IMG/VR virus record: IMGVR_UViG_3300021256_000060
Reading direction: 5' to 3' (one strand)
Source: an uncultured virus (IMG/VR IMGVR_UViG_3300021256_000060)
Taxonomy: Duplodnaviria > Heunggongvirae > Uroviricota > Caudoviricetes
DNA: 64,000 bases
Below, piece by piece: positions 39,628 through 48,480 of this stretch (position 1 is its first letter; each line of letters starts with the position of its first letter). The translations under genes were made by a program, and so were the position numbers. The notes beneath the pieces were generated by a model. It had not been told where the DNA came from, did not search any database, and saw only the letters and a program-made list of their open reading frames with translations.

Positions 39628-40446
39628 TTAAGGTAAGTGGATTCTTTTTTCCTTAGCTAGCCTATTAACCACGCTTGCAATATTAGGGAATATATTAGGC
39701 TGTATATTGCTAAATGAGATACGAACCTCATCTATATCTATCTTCTTTTCTGCTATCTCATATAGATAATAGGCTTCTAGTATACTGGATAGATCTTCAG
39801 GTTTTAGACTCTCCAATATACTTAATATAGCACTATTCATTCTATTGGCTATAGTAATATGAGACTCTCCAATCCAATCAGCATCATTATTCTTATCATA
39901 TACGAAAGAATCCTTAGCTGTATAGATGAATAGCATATATACATCCTCTATACTACTGCAACTAGCACAATAGATATCAGTAATTCTCTTAGTAGTCATT
40001 AGGTCTTTACTAGTACACAAGATTACGAAATTCATTCTAGATATGCAATCCTTCTTGGAGAATGAACTCTTTCTTGCTACTGCTAAGAATGCACTCATTG
40101 TTCTATCTAGTCCACAATCAATAAAGGCTTGTACCATTTTCCTATTGGCTACGATTCCTAGATTAATCAATATAACCTTTAGTGTATCATTTGCCTCATT
40201 GATCTCCTTATAGATCATAGCATTACAATAAACTCTTTCCTCATAAGTTAGTTGTACTGCTAGTATTACTTGACTCAATAAAGATAGAAATCTAGCAGAC
40301 TTCTTAAACACATTGAAACAAGGATCATCATTGATATTAGATAGGAATTCTTTATACTGACTAGCTAGAATGAGATATGCCTCCTCTTCTGGTAGGGTCA
40401 GTACTGGTTTTAGTTTCTTTGCGATTTGCTCTGGACCTGTAGGCAT
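39628..40446 (-). CDS. hypothetical protein
   Basis: long ORF with SD. Confidence 0.65.
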   Translation of the reverse strand: MPTGPEQIAKKLKPVLTLPEEEAYLILASQYKEFLSNINDDPCFNVFKKSARFLSLLSQVILAVQLTYEERVYCNAMIYKEINEANDTLKVILINLGIVANRKMVQAFIDCGLDRTMSAFLAVARKSSFSKKDCISRMNFVILCTSKDLMTTKRITDIYCASCSSIEDVYMLFIYTAKDSFVYDKNNDADWIGESHITIANRMNSAILSILESLKPEDLSSILEAYYLYEIAEKKIDIDEVRISFSNIQPNIFPNIASVVNRLAKEKRIHLP

Positions 40447-40531
40447 AAAATCGCCTCCTTAAAAAAGAAAAAATAGGGAGTCTTAAAGACTCCCCTTATT
40501 TGTGTAGATAGGATTGCTCCTACCTACATTT

Positions 40532-41740
40532 TCACAACTCGTCTCTTACTTTGGGGTCACCTACGGTAATGACTTTCTTTTCAGTTTCGAATTGAGAGAA
40601 AAAGCTCTTCTTGTTCTTCTGTACTTTAGCCTTGTCCTTACTTTGGTTTGTACCAATAGGACCAGTACCAAAGCCTAGATTCGTATCCATTCCACTGACC
40701 ATATTAAAGAAGTTATCTTTTGCCAAGTCAGTCTTTTTCATAGCTCTTTCGAACTTATGATATACTTCCTTTATCTCATCAATAGGCAACTTCATACCGC
40801 TAGCGATTACGGCTACACTATCAGTACCATCCCCATCCTGCTTATGACGGAAGATCTCAGTCGGGAATCCATACTTCTTGATGAGCTGGTCATACCCTTC
40901 ATCAATCAATCCCTGAATACGATTAGAAGCAGATACAATAACTCCTAATCTCTTGGCAGACGGTTCAGTAGGAAGGGATACAGACTTATCAATCATAGCC
41001 TGAATAGAATCATTGAACTGTTCAGGTTCGCTGATCTTTTCCAGATCTATGGATTCTACAGTCATGTATCCAGGAGCTGTATTGAGCTTGTAGAGGTCCA
41101 TGTTATCTACATTAGAATCAGACGGATTCAAATCCTTACCAATCAGAATACGAACTCTCTGGCTGAATACCTTATTGGCATATTCTTCAGCAGCTCTACG
41201 GTTATTATCTACCATAGGGAGACAGCTCTTATTGCTGATGGATTGAATCACCATGTTTTCATCGAGATCTTTGAACCATTCAACAGTATTTTTTAATCCA
41301 CGAGCATCATCCTCAAATCCAGTAAATGATACCATGTTTACAGGAATACCATTAGGGAGTTCATCGTTCTTAGTAATGGCCTGGATGTATTTACCCAGAA
41401 TAACAGATGCGCCAGAACCGGTGCCGCCTTCTGAGCTGGTTACAATATGAATTATCTTTTCATCACCATCAATGAGAGCATCAATCGGATTCTCATCAAC
41501 ACTCTGCAGATATTCGATCATCATCTTCTTAGCAAGATCACGATCTTTCCCGCAACCGCCAGTACCTCCTATAATCAAAATATTATCTCGATCAAAATCT
41601 TCTGGAAGATCTCTATCGGTGGAATTGATCAAGAGACATTCGGTGATATCAGCTACCCCGTCTTTGATTAGTTGGATTATAGCTTTATTACCTGCTGCTC
41701 CAACCCCAATGTACTTGCACTTCAAACTCAAATTAAACAC
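40532..41740 (-). CDS. tubulin/FtsZ-superfamily GTPase (PhuZ/TubZ-type)
   Basis: IGVGAAGNK, LINST, GGCGKD, EGGTGSG signature, VDxxD T7 loop. Confidence 0.9.
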   Translation of the reverse strand: MFNLSLKCKYIGVGAAGNKAIIQLIKDGVADITECLLINSTDRDLPEDFDRDNILIIGGTGGCGKDRDLAKKMMIEYLQSVDENPIDALIDGDEKIIHIVTSSEGGTGSGASVILGKYIQAITKNDELPNGIPVNMVSFTGFEDDARGLKNTVEWFKDLDENMVIQSISNKSCLPMVDNNRRAAEEYANKVFSQRVRILIGKDLNPSDSNVDNMDLYKLNTAPGYMTVESIDLEKISEPEQFNDSIQAMIDKSVSLPTEPSAKRLGVIVSASNRIQGLIDEGYDQLIKKYGFPTEIFRHKQDGDGTDSVAVIASGMKLPIDEIKEVYHKFERAMKKTDLAKDNFFNMVSGMDTNLGFGTGPIGTNQSKDKAKVQKNKKSFFSQFETEKKVITVGDPKVRDEL

Positions 41741-41847
41741 AACCTTTCTTATATGATACTATATTTGACGCATATAAACCATGCGGCTTATATCAAACTT
41801 AAATAAAAAGTAAGAGGAGGTTCATTTAGTAACCTCCTCTACTTATA

Positions 41848-42600
41848 TTATAGAGCTTCAATAGCACTATTTGCTACACTAACAATGTCCGAGCTCCAAT
41901 CAGGATCGCTGGCATATCCTGCTTCCTGCATAGATGCAAGGGTAGTATACCCATTAGAGTAGTAATGTTTCTTAATCCACATGGCCCCGGCCATAATACC
42001 TTCATCTACACTAGAACCCATTACATCGGCTTTGCCTGGATCACTATCCACAGCATTAATACCGAAATAATTATGTCTGGTTCTAGCTAAATAAGAAGTC
42101 CCATATCCACTTTCTACTGACGCATGAGCGTATATATAGATTGGATTGAGACCAGTTGCTTCAGCAGCTTTTATGAACGCGGAACCATGACCAGAGAACC
42201 CTGTTTTTCCAATGGTTGATTCATAATAATCAATTATCCTATTCATATCCTCTACTGAGATCGAAGAGTTGGCGCCGATATCTGTATACTCAGAGTATCC
42301 AGACATCTTTAATTGTAATACATTATGTTTTTGGATTCTTTTCTTGTGCGTTATATTCATCGCACTATTGAGTTTATTTGACTGATTTTCTTGTTCATCT
42401 CTAATTTGTTTGAGCATCGCCAGTACTTCTTTTGAAGCTTCGCGGGATTCCTTTAACTCAACCTGTACCTCATTATACTGGTTAGTCAGGTCGTTAACCT
42501 TATATAGCAAAAATCCATTTACTACAATAAGGCCTCCAATTAAAACCTGCATCCAACGAACCCTCTTCATTAAGTTCTGCTTAGTCTCTAAATTCATCAA
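41848..42600 (-). CDS. membrane-anchored GH73 glucosaminidase (peptidoglycan hydrolase)
   Basis: N-terminal TM and coiled coil; AHASVESGYG, NYFGINA, YASDPDW. Confidence 0.85.
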   Translation of the reverse strand: MMNLETKQNLMKRVRWMQVLIGGLIVVNGFLLYKVNDLTNQYNEVQVELKESREASKEVLAMLKQIRDEQENQSNKLNSAMNITHKKRIQKHNVLQLKMSGYSEYTDIGANSSISVEDMNRIIDYYESTIGKTGFSGHGSAFIKAAEATGLNPIYIYAHASVESGYGTSYLARTRHNYFGINAVDSDPGKADVMGSSVDEGIMAGAMWIKKHYYSNGYTTLASMQEAGYASDPDWSSDIVSVANSAIEAL

Positions 42601-42709
42601 ATCATCCTTTCAGGTAGTTGTTCTCCAGACCAGTCTACTTACCTAATAACCTGTCATTCAGACCAGCTGGCGTGGCAAACACCCAGCATGTTACTGCTGG
42701 GTGAGGAAC

Positions 42710-42868
42710 TTACTTGCGATCTGCTTTCTGATTCTGCTGCTGCATCTCTTCGAGCTTACGTCGCAACGCTTCTCGTTCCTGTTCATTATTGGCATGTGTT
42801 ACTCCGAGGCCTAAATCTCCTACTTCAGTTAAGGCCACCATCTCGCCTTCATTATCAGCTTTATACAT
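42710..42868 (-). CDS. small hypothetical protein (52 aa, absent from ORF track)
   Basis: GGAGGTG SD, MYKADNEGEMV...QKADRK*, AACA-N6-TA promoter at 42894-42905. Confidence 0.6.
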   Translation of the reverse strand: MYKADNEGEMVALTEVGDLGLGVTHANNEQEREALRRKLEEMQQQNQKADRK

Positions 42869-43147
42869 AATATATTCACCTCCTTATCGTAATTATTAAG
42901 CTGTTAAAAGGTTCATTAATATCCACACACCATATCTATAGTATATAGTTGAGAGTTAGTTTATAAAAAATAAAGATGGGCAATTTGTCCATCTTTATTA
43001 CCTAATTATCTATAACTAAACATAATGGAGTCACTAGGGATTCCCAACATATTCCTTAGCTCTTCAATACTATACTTATCTTCCTCAGTAAGTAATTCTT
43101 CCTTTTTCTCTTCCTTGCTCTCTACATTATCTTCCATTATACTCTCC

Positions 43148-43897
43148 TTAATATCTCTCTTCTGGTAACTGAACCGATTGATCAGACTCTAGCTCGTTAG
43201 GATCATAGTCAAATTCGTCATGCTCTAGGTCTTCTTCTACCTTCTTTTTGAGCTCTTCAGTATTCATATCTTCTGGTTGTTTTGGAGTAACTTTGAACCC
43301 ATTTGCTTGTTGTTTGGGCTGTTCTTCTTCATGGTGATGATGTTCCTCAGTATGAGTTTCATCATTAACCAGATCAGCCATTGGCCCTACAGCAGCCATA
43401 ATATAGATCTGGATATAATTCTTAATAATCTTATCTTCCATCTCTACAAGATTGCCAGGGAGATATGCAGTAATATCTGCTCTTTGAAGCATATCATTCT
43501 GAGGGCTAATACTATACACAGATACTTTGGTCATACCATACATCTCGCATAGATAATCGATTTTCAATAGCTTGGTATGTACCATATTCACTCCAGTCTC
43601 ATTATCTACCACATAGAAACGTATAGTAGCACTGCTGTTAGTAGGATGCATCACCTCCTGAAGATATACAGCTCCAGGAACTATCGTCTCATCCTTAAAC
43701 TTTACTACATTCTCACTCCCTCTCGGAGTATTCTGAATCCAGTAATCTGTACCCAGTACTCCATTGTTCTCGATGTTGTTCATAACATCATTTGCTTCAG
43801 CAACTGTCTTAAACCAAGCTACCTGCAGCTCCCCAGTAATATTGTTTTTAATTGTCATTTTCACTGGGGTAATAATCTCTGGTTCTAAGAATCTCAT
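43148..43897 (-). CDS. hypothetical protein with His-rich/acidic tail
   Basis: start likely MRFLEP after GAAGG. Confidence 0.6.
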   Translation of the reverse strand: MRFLEPEIITPVKMTIKNNITGELQVAWFKTVAEANDVMNNIENNGVLGTDYWIQNTPRGSENVVKFKDETIVPGAVYLQEVMHPTNSSATIRFYVVDNETGVNMVHTKLLKIDYLCEMYGMTKVSVYSISPQNDMLQRADITAYLPGNLVEMEDKIIKNYIQIYIMAAVGPMADLVNDETHTEEHHHHEEEQPKQQANGFKVTPKQPEDMNTEELKKKVEEDLEHDEFDYDPNELESDQSVQLPEERY

Positions 43898-43970
43898 TTT
43901 AAATACCTTCCTTTCAAAAAACGATCCTAACAACTGTCGCGATAGATGATTAATTAATCATCTATCACTA

Positions 43971-44507
43971 CTATAATATGTGGTTGATTATCGTTTTATC
44001 TCTCGTTTCTTTATTAACCATTCTAAGGTATATCTCCTGGTCTATTATTGTTCTACATCTGCTGTCATCATCTAGATCAATAATACAATCGAATATTGTA
44101 TTTCTGTGGTTCCTCTTAGCAGTTCTAAGCATATATGGTAATTCGTTCTCATCCATATTCCATTTCTTGATAAGAACATTTCCAAAGAATAAATAAGAGA
44201 ATAATCTATCTATCCTTTCTTCTCTATTTGCACACTTGTTAACGTATGATGATAATAATGGTACTATTAGAACGATCTTATTTCCTATAGATAAATGCAT
44301 TATTTTATCTTCAGTAGACCAGAGATAGTTCTTCTTATAAAAAGTATCACTATTCTTTTCATATCTAAATAATATTTCATCTATACTAGATAATCTATTG
44401 TATTTATTAGCCTCATATAAAAAGTTCTTGGTCATTTTCCAAATAATACTACTATTTTCGCACCTTAAGATATTCTTTAAATCATTCTCTATTAATCTGG
44501 TATCCAT
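43971..44507 (-). CDS. hypothetical protein
   Basis: ORF with GGAGG SD. Confidence 0.55.
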   Translation of the reverse strand: MDTRLIENDLKNILRCENSSIIWKMTKNFLYEANKYNRLSSIDEILFRYEKNSDTFYKKNYLWSTEDKIMHLSIGNKIVLIVPLLSSYVNKCANREERIDRLFSYLFFGNVLIKKWNMDENELPYMLRTAKRNHRNTIFDCIIDLDDDSRCRTIIDQEIYLRMVNKETRDKTIINHIL

Positions 44508-44607
44508 ATTATATCCCTCCATTTACACACTAAAACACCACTAGAGGATTATCCTCTAGTGGCATTGATCCTCTTATTAGATACGTCTTCGATATTGTAG
44601 AATCCTA

Positions 44608-45384
44608 CTACTGGCGCTTTACGCCACTCTGGCCTGCTGATTTTTTGGCTAGAGTTCTAGGCAACATACCAGCAACGTTCACCAGGTTGGAATTAAGATG
44701 AGCACCTAATAGATATGCAGAAATAAGATTACGGGCAATAGAATCTGCATTATCAGTAGGAACATCTTTCTGACTAACCATTCCTGATGCTGATATCTGA
44801 TTGTAAAACTTTTGTTTTGCGCTCATTGCATCACCGCGATAAGTAATTAGCTCATGCATTGATTTATCTAGTCCTAATACGGCCATTGATTCCAATTCAC
44901 GGTCTGAGCTATTTGAGTTCTTATCTACGTCTATTAGCAAACCAGTTCTATAATCTCGTTTACTAATATTAGTACTATATCCGGACTTTTTTTGTGCAAA
45001 CTGCTTAAGCCTTTTCAAGGGTAGATATACTACTAGGACTGGATTGGTAGATACTGCTTCACCATTCTTATTCTTATATAGGAATGGCATACTTACTCTT
45101 TCTATTATAGGTACTCCTAAGAATGTCAAGAAGTCAGCTATATCTTCCATCTTAGGATCTACTTCAAACACTTTAGTTTGGAACTTAAGAGGAAAATCTT
45201 GCTTAAAGAATTCTAGAAACTGAGCATCACTCATAGCTGCAAATTTCTTCTTATAGTATTCAGTATTTTGACCAGTCTTGTCTAGTACCTTAAATGCTTT
45301 ATATATTTTCTCTTCACATTTCTTTCTAGCTGCTTTAAGAGCAGGACCAGAAAGAGCTGCTTCTTGAACTACTTCTTCACTCAT
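44608..45384 (-). CDS. probable virion RNA polymerase beta C-terminal fragment
   Basis: PVLVVYLPLKRLKQ..KK...RDYRTG...SDRELESM..LG....HELITYRGD parallels RpoB VGYMYxLKL.H..K...GEME..AL..G....QE.LT.KSD. Confidence 0.6.
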   Translation of the reverse strand: MSEEVVQEAALSGPALKAARKKCEEKIYKAFKVLDKTGQNTEYYKKKFAAMSDAQFLEFFKQDFPLKFQTKVFEVDPKMEDIADFLTFLGVPIIERVSMPFLYKNKNGEAVSTNPVLVVYLPLKRLKQFAQKKSGYSTNISKRDYRTGLLIDVDKNSNSSDRELESMAVLGLDKSMHELITYRGDAMSAKQKFYNQISASGMVSQKDVPTDNADSIARNLISAYLLGAHLNSNLVNVAGMLPRTLAKKSAGQSGVKRQ

Positions 45385-46388
45385 AAGAACCAACCTTTCT
45401 TATGCTGATACTTTTTAATTTTTTCATTAAGCTTAGCAGGATGACTTACTTTATCAGCTTCTTCATTACCTTTTCTCTCCCAATACTCATTTGGTTGATT
45501 TCGGAGATGTGCTTTAAACATTCTAGTTCCTATATTATCTCCTTCTTTAGAATCAAAGCTATCCTTTACATGTTGTTTTAGATTAGCCAATTGTTTCTCC
45601 AAATCAGCTTTGGCTTCAGGAGTCATAGGAGTATCTTTTAGGTCTTGTTCCATTTGTGCGATTAGTGCATTTATTCTACTCAGTAAATGAGGATGTACAA
45701 AATCACTACCACTATTCTTACGTATTTGATTTAACCCATAAAAGAAGTTTAGGATAGGAATGTCTTTTAGTTTCTTATCAAAACTACTTTCTCTATCCAT
45801 ATTCATTTTGGTAAGAGCAGTAGCTAATTCAGTACCATAACCGTACATTACACATAGTTGGTCAGCGAACTTCTCATTAGCCCTCTCATCATAAGACCTG
45901 GTAACTACATAGAAGAATTGATGACCAATTTCATGTAAGAGTACTGCTACTAACTCTTGTACAGATATATTCGGCATAGCAAAGCAACCATATGTTATTA
46001 CTACTGTAAATACAACTGGGCATTTCTTAGTAATGAATCTAAATCCATTATTAGTTACTTTTACTACACTATCCATATCTTCTTTTCTCAGTATCTTATC
46101 CTCTAATGGGAACATATTACCATTATCATCTATTACATGAGTAATAGTACGAGCATTGATAAACAGTTCTGGAGATATGGTTAAGATAGATTCCTTAAAC
46201 CCAAATAGTGAGGTCAATTGTTCTGCTATCTTTTTAAAGATAGGGTCTCTCAATATCTGTTTGTATTTACTCATATTGAGATTTCCTACTGTACTATACT
46301 TAGTCTTTACTTCAGTAAAGAGATCCTCTATTCTAGTGAGCTGTATTGGTTTCCCGAAATACATCTCATTTAGTGGTATCATATCCAT
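45381..46388 (-). CDS. zinc metallopeptidase-like protein (HExxH)
   Basis: ELVAVLLHEIGH, EKFAD...GYG..LATAL.K, HP....RI (M48-like arrangement). Confidence 0.7.
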   Translation of the reverse strand: MDMIPLNEMYFGKPIQLTRIEDLFTEVKTKYSTVGNLNMSKYKQILRDPIFKKIAEQLTSLFGFKESILTISPELFINARTITHVIDDNGNMFPLEDKILRKEDMDSVVKVTNNGFRFITKKCPVVFTVVITYGCFAMPNISVQELVAVLLHEIGHQFFYVVTRSYDERANEKFADQLCVMYGYGTELATALTKMNMDRESSFDKKLKDIPILNFFYGLNQIRKNSGSDFVHPHLLSRINALIAQMEQDLKDTPMTPEAKADLEKQLANLKQHVKDSFDSKEGDNIGTRMFKAHLRNQPNEYWERKGNEEADKVSHPAKLNEKIKKYQHKKGWFL

Positions 46389-46404
46389 AGCGTAATATCC
46401 TCCT

Positions 46405-47613
46405 TTATGCATTCGGATTTGCACGTATTACGTTAATAGCCATATACATATTAAAGGCATATAAATAACTCTGTTTAGTAGCTACCCTATGCTTTCTTTT
46501 TCTAAACCCTACAGAGTAATCATCTAATAGATCCTCTATAATCTCTTTCATTCTGTTAATCATAGGATCTTTAGAATTGGGTTTAGGCTTAGTAACGTAC
46601 TTAATGAATTTAGTACTATTAACAGTTTTGATCTCTTCGTTCACTAAGAAGGAAGATATAACTAGCTCTAAGTATTCTCGTATCTTAGGCATATTATTGC
46701 TATCTTCAAAGATAGATTCCATGATTCCTCTAATCTCGTCAGGTTTAATATTACTATCAGCACATGCTTTGCAAAGAGTATAATCTACATGAGAAGTGGT
46801 TAATCTAGTCATTGTATTCTCAATGCACTGTTGCATCTTGAACGAGTCATTAGTAGTTAGATGATAGTCTCCCCCACCACTTTCACTATCAGTGATATTA
46901 TCAGAGTCATAAGATATATAACTCTTCTGCTCATATGCTTCATAGTACAGAGAGGCAATGTTCTTCATAAATGATTTAATTCGATTATGCAACTGCTGTA
47001 TTACGTATACTATATCTTCGTCATCAAAGTCAGTTATCTGTTTCTTGTAAGCAGTGATCCATGTATTATTAATACTCTTAACTGCTCCTATTACACTACC
47101 TTTAGATTTTATATCAAACTTATTAGATAGCTTATGGTTAATTACATATTCCATTATATGACGATACTTAGACGGTGCTACTGTTTTGAAGAAACCATAA
47201 TGGATAGAAGGATAGTACTTACCAGAAAAGGATTGGTATATCATAGCTAGGTCTAGTTCCTTCTCTTTCTTCTTTAGGAAGAAATATCGTACTATACATA
47301 ATACCACTATAGTAGTAGGATCCTTTGCCTGACTAGGATTAAACGCACTAATACCATAATAATATGCTCCTTTAAGAGCATTCCTAACCTCATTTTGGCT
47401 TATATTAAGAGCAGAAAATAAATCGTCACGATCGTTATCTGTATAATAGATTCTATCACATGGTGCTATATCAAATAAGCTACTAGATCTCTTCTCAATG
47501 AATCTACTAATCATACCTCTCCATTGATTTAATCTAGTAGAGAGAGCACTCTCTACTAGAGGATATATTTTATCTAGAGTAGCTTCAGTGCCAAAGTTAC
47601 TACGTTTAGGCAT
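46405..47613 (-). CDS. hypothetical protein
   Basis: long ORF, GGAGG SD before MPKR, late promoter at 47638-47649. Confidence 0.65.
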   Translation of the reverse strand: MPKRSNFGTEATLDKIYPLVESALSTRLNQWRGMISRFIEKRSSSLFDIAPCDRIYYTDNDRDDLFSALNISQNEVRNALKGAYYYGISAFNPSQAKDPTTIVVLCIVRYFFLKKKEKELDLAMIYQSFSGKYYPSIHYGFFKTVAPSKYRHIMEYVINHKLSNKFDIKSKGSVIGAVKSINNTWITAYKKQITDFDDEDIVYVIQQLHNRIKSFMKNIASLYYEAYEQKSYISYDSDNITDSESGGGDYHLTTNDSFKMQQCIENTMTRLTTSHVDYTLCKACADSNIKPDEIRGIMESIFEDSNNMPKIREYLELVISSFLVNEEIKTVNSTKFIKYVTKPKPNSKDPMINRMKEIIEDLLDDYSVGFRKRKHRVATKQSYLYAFNMYMAINVIRANPNA

Positions 47614-47688
47614 CTCATTACCTCCCTTATAAAATCTTACGCTTATGTCACGCAAGATAAAAAAGGAAGGCTAGATGCCTTCCTTTTC

Positions 47689-47877
47689 TCAGAGGTTATA
47701 CAGTCTCAATTTAGTCTCAATAGAATCCAAGTCCTTCTCTGACTTAGCTTTTGTAGCTTTCTTAGATAAGGACTTGAGGATTCCTATTTTTTGTTTCAAT
47801 ATCTGTGATTGGAAATCCATAGCGTTAATCATACGATTTCTACGTTCAATAAACTCTTCTTGCTCTATATCTGTCAT
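47689..47877 (-). CDS. small hypothetical protein
   Basis: ORF with SD. Confidence 0.55.
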   Translation of the reverse strand: MTDIEQEEFIERRNRMINAMDFQSQILKQKIGILKSLSKKATKAKSEKDLDSIETKLRLYNL

Positions 47878-47889
47878 AGTTCCTCCTAC

Positions 47890-48195
47890 TTATATTACAG
47901 GCCAACTAATATAAAATGATACATCTACAACATTAGTACCTTCATCTTCGGTCATTGTCTGGAACCTAGCTCCATAACCAGCCTTCTTCAACTCATTAAG
48001 TATATTAGATGCGTTATATTTACTCATCTTCATCTCTGGGGTGGTTACACTTATTCCCTTACCTCCTATCTTAGTTACATAAACTAGATAATTTATTAAG
48101 CTAATAGCATCAGATATAGGGACTACCTTTAACCCACATTTGATATTAGCAGATTGGAGCATAGGAACTCTAATAATCTTTTCCATTAGACTCAC
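47890..48195 (-). CDS. hypothetical protein
   Basis: ORF. Confidence 0.55.
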   Translation of the reverse strand: MSLMEKIIRVPMLQSANIKCGLKVVPISDAISLINYLVYVTKIGGKGISVTTPEMKMSKYNASNILNELKKAGYGARFQTMTEDEGTNVVDVSFYISWPVI

Positions 48196-48199
48196 CTTC

Positions 48200-48424
48200 T
48201 TAAAATTTAGTATTTTCTATCTCTTTGTATTTCTTTGACAGTTCTCTAATCTCGTCTAAATTCTTTGCTGATTTGATTTGAGGTTCCAATTCCTTCATCA
48301 TTTTAATACGATGCCTATATTTTATTAACCCATATTTCACTTCATCTAATAGACACTCTTTAGCATCATTCAGGTTTATAACCTCTCTTTTCAATGGAAT
48401 AATAGATTTTATTTTATAGCTCAT
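48200..48424 (-). CDS. small hypothetical protein
   Basis: ORF with GGAGG SD. Confidence 0.55.
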   Translation of the reverse strand: MSYKIKSIIPLKREVINLNDAKECLLDEVKYGLIKYRHRIKMMKELEPQIKSAKNLDEIRELSKKYKEIENTKF

Positions 48425-48480
48425 TTATCCTCCTGTAATAAAAGATAGAAGGGAATGGAAGATTCCATTCCCATCATATC

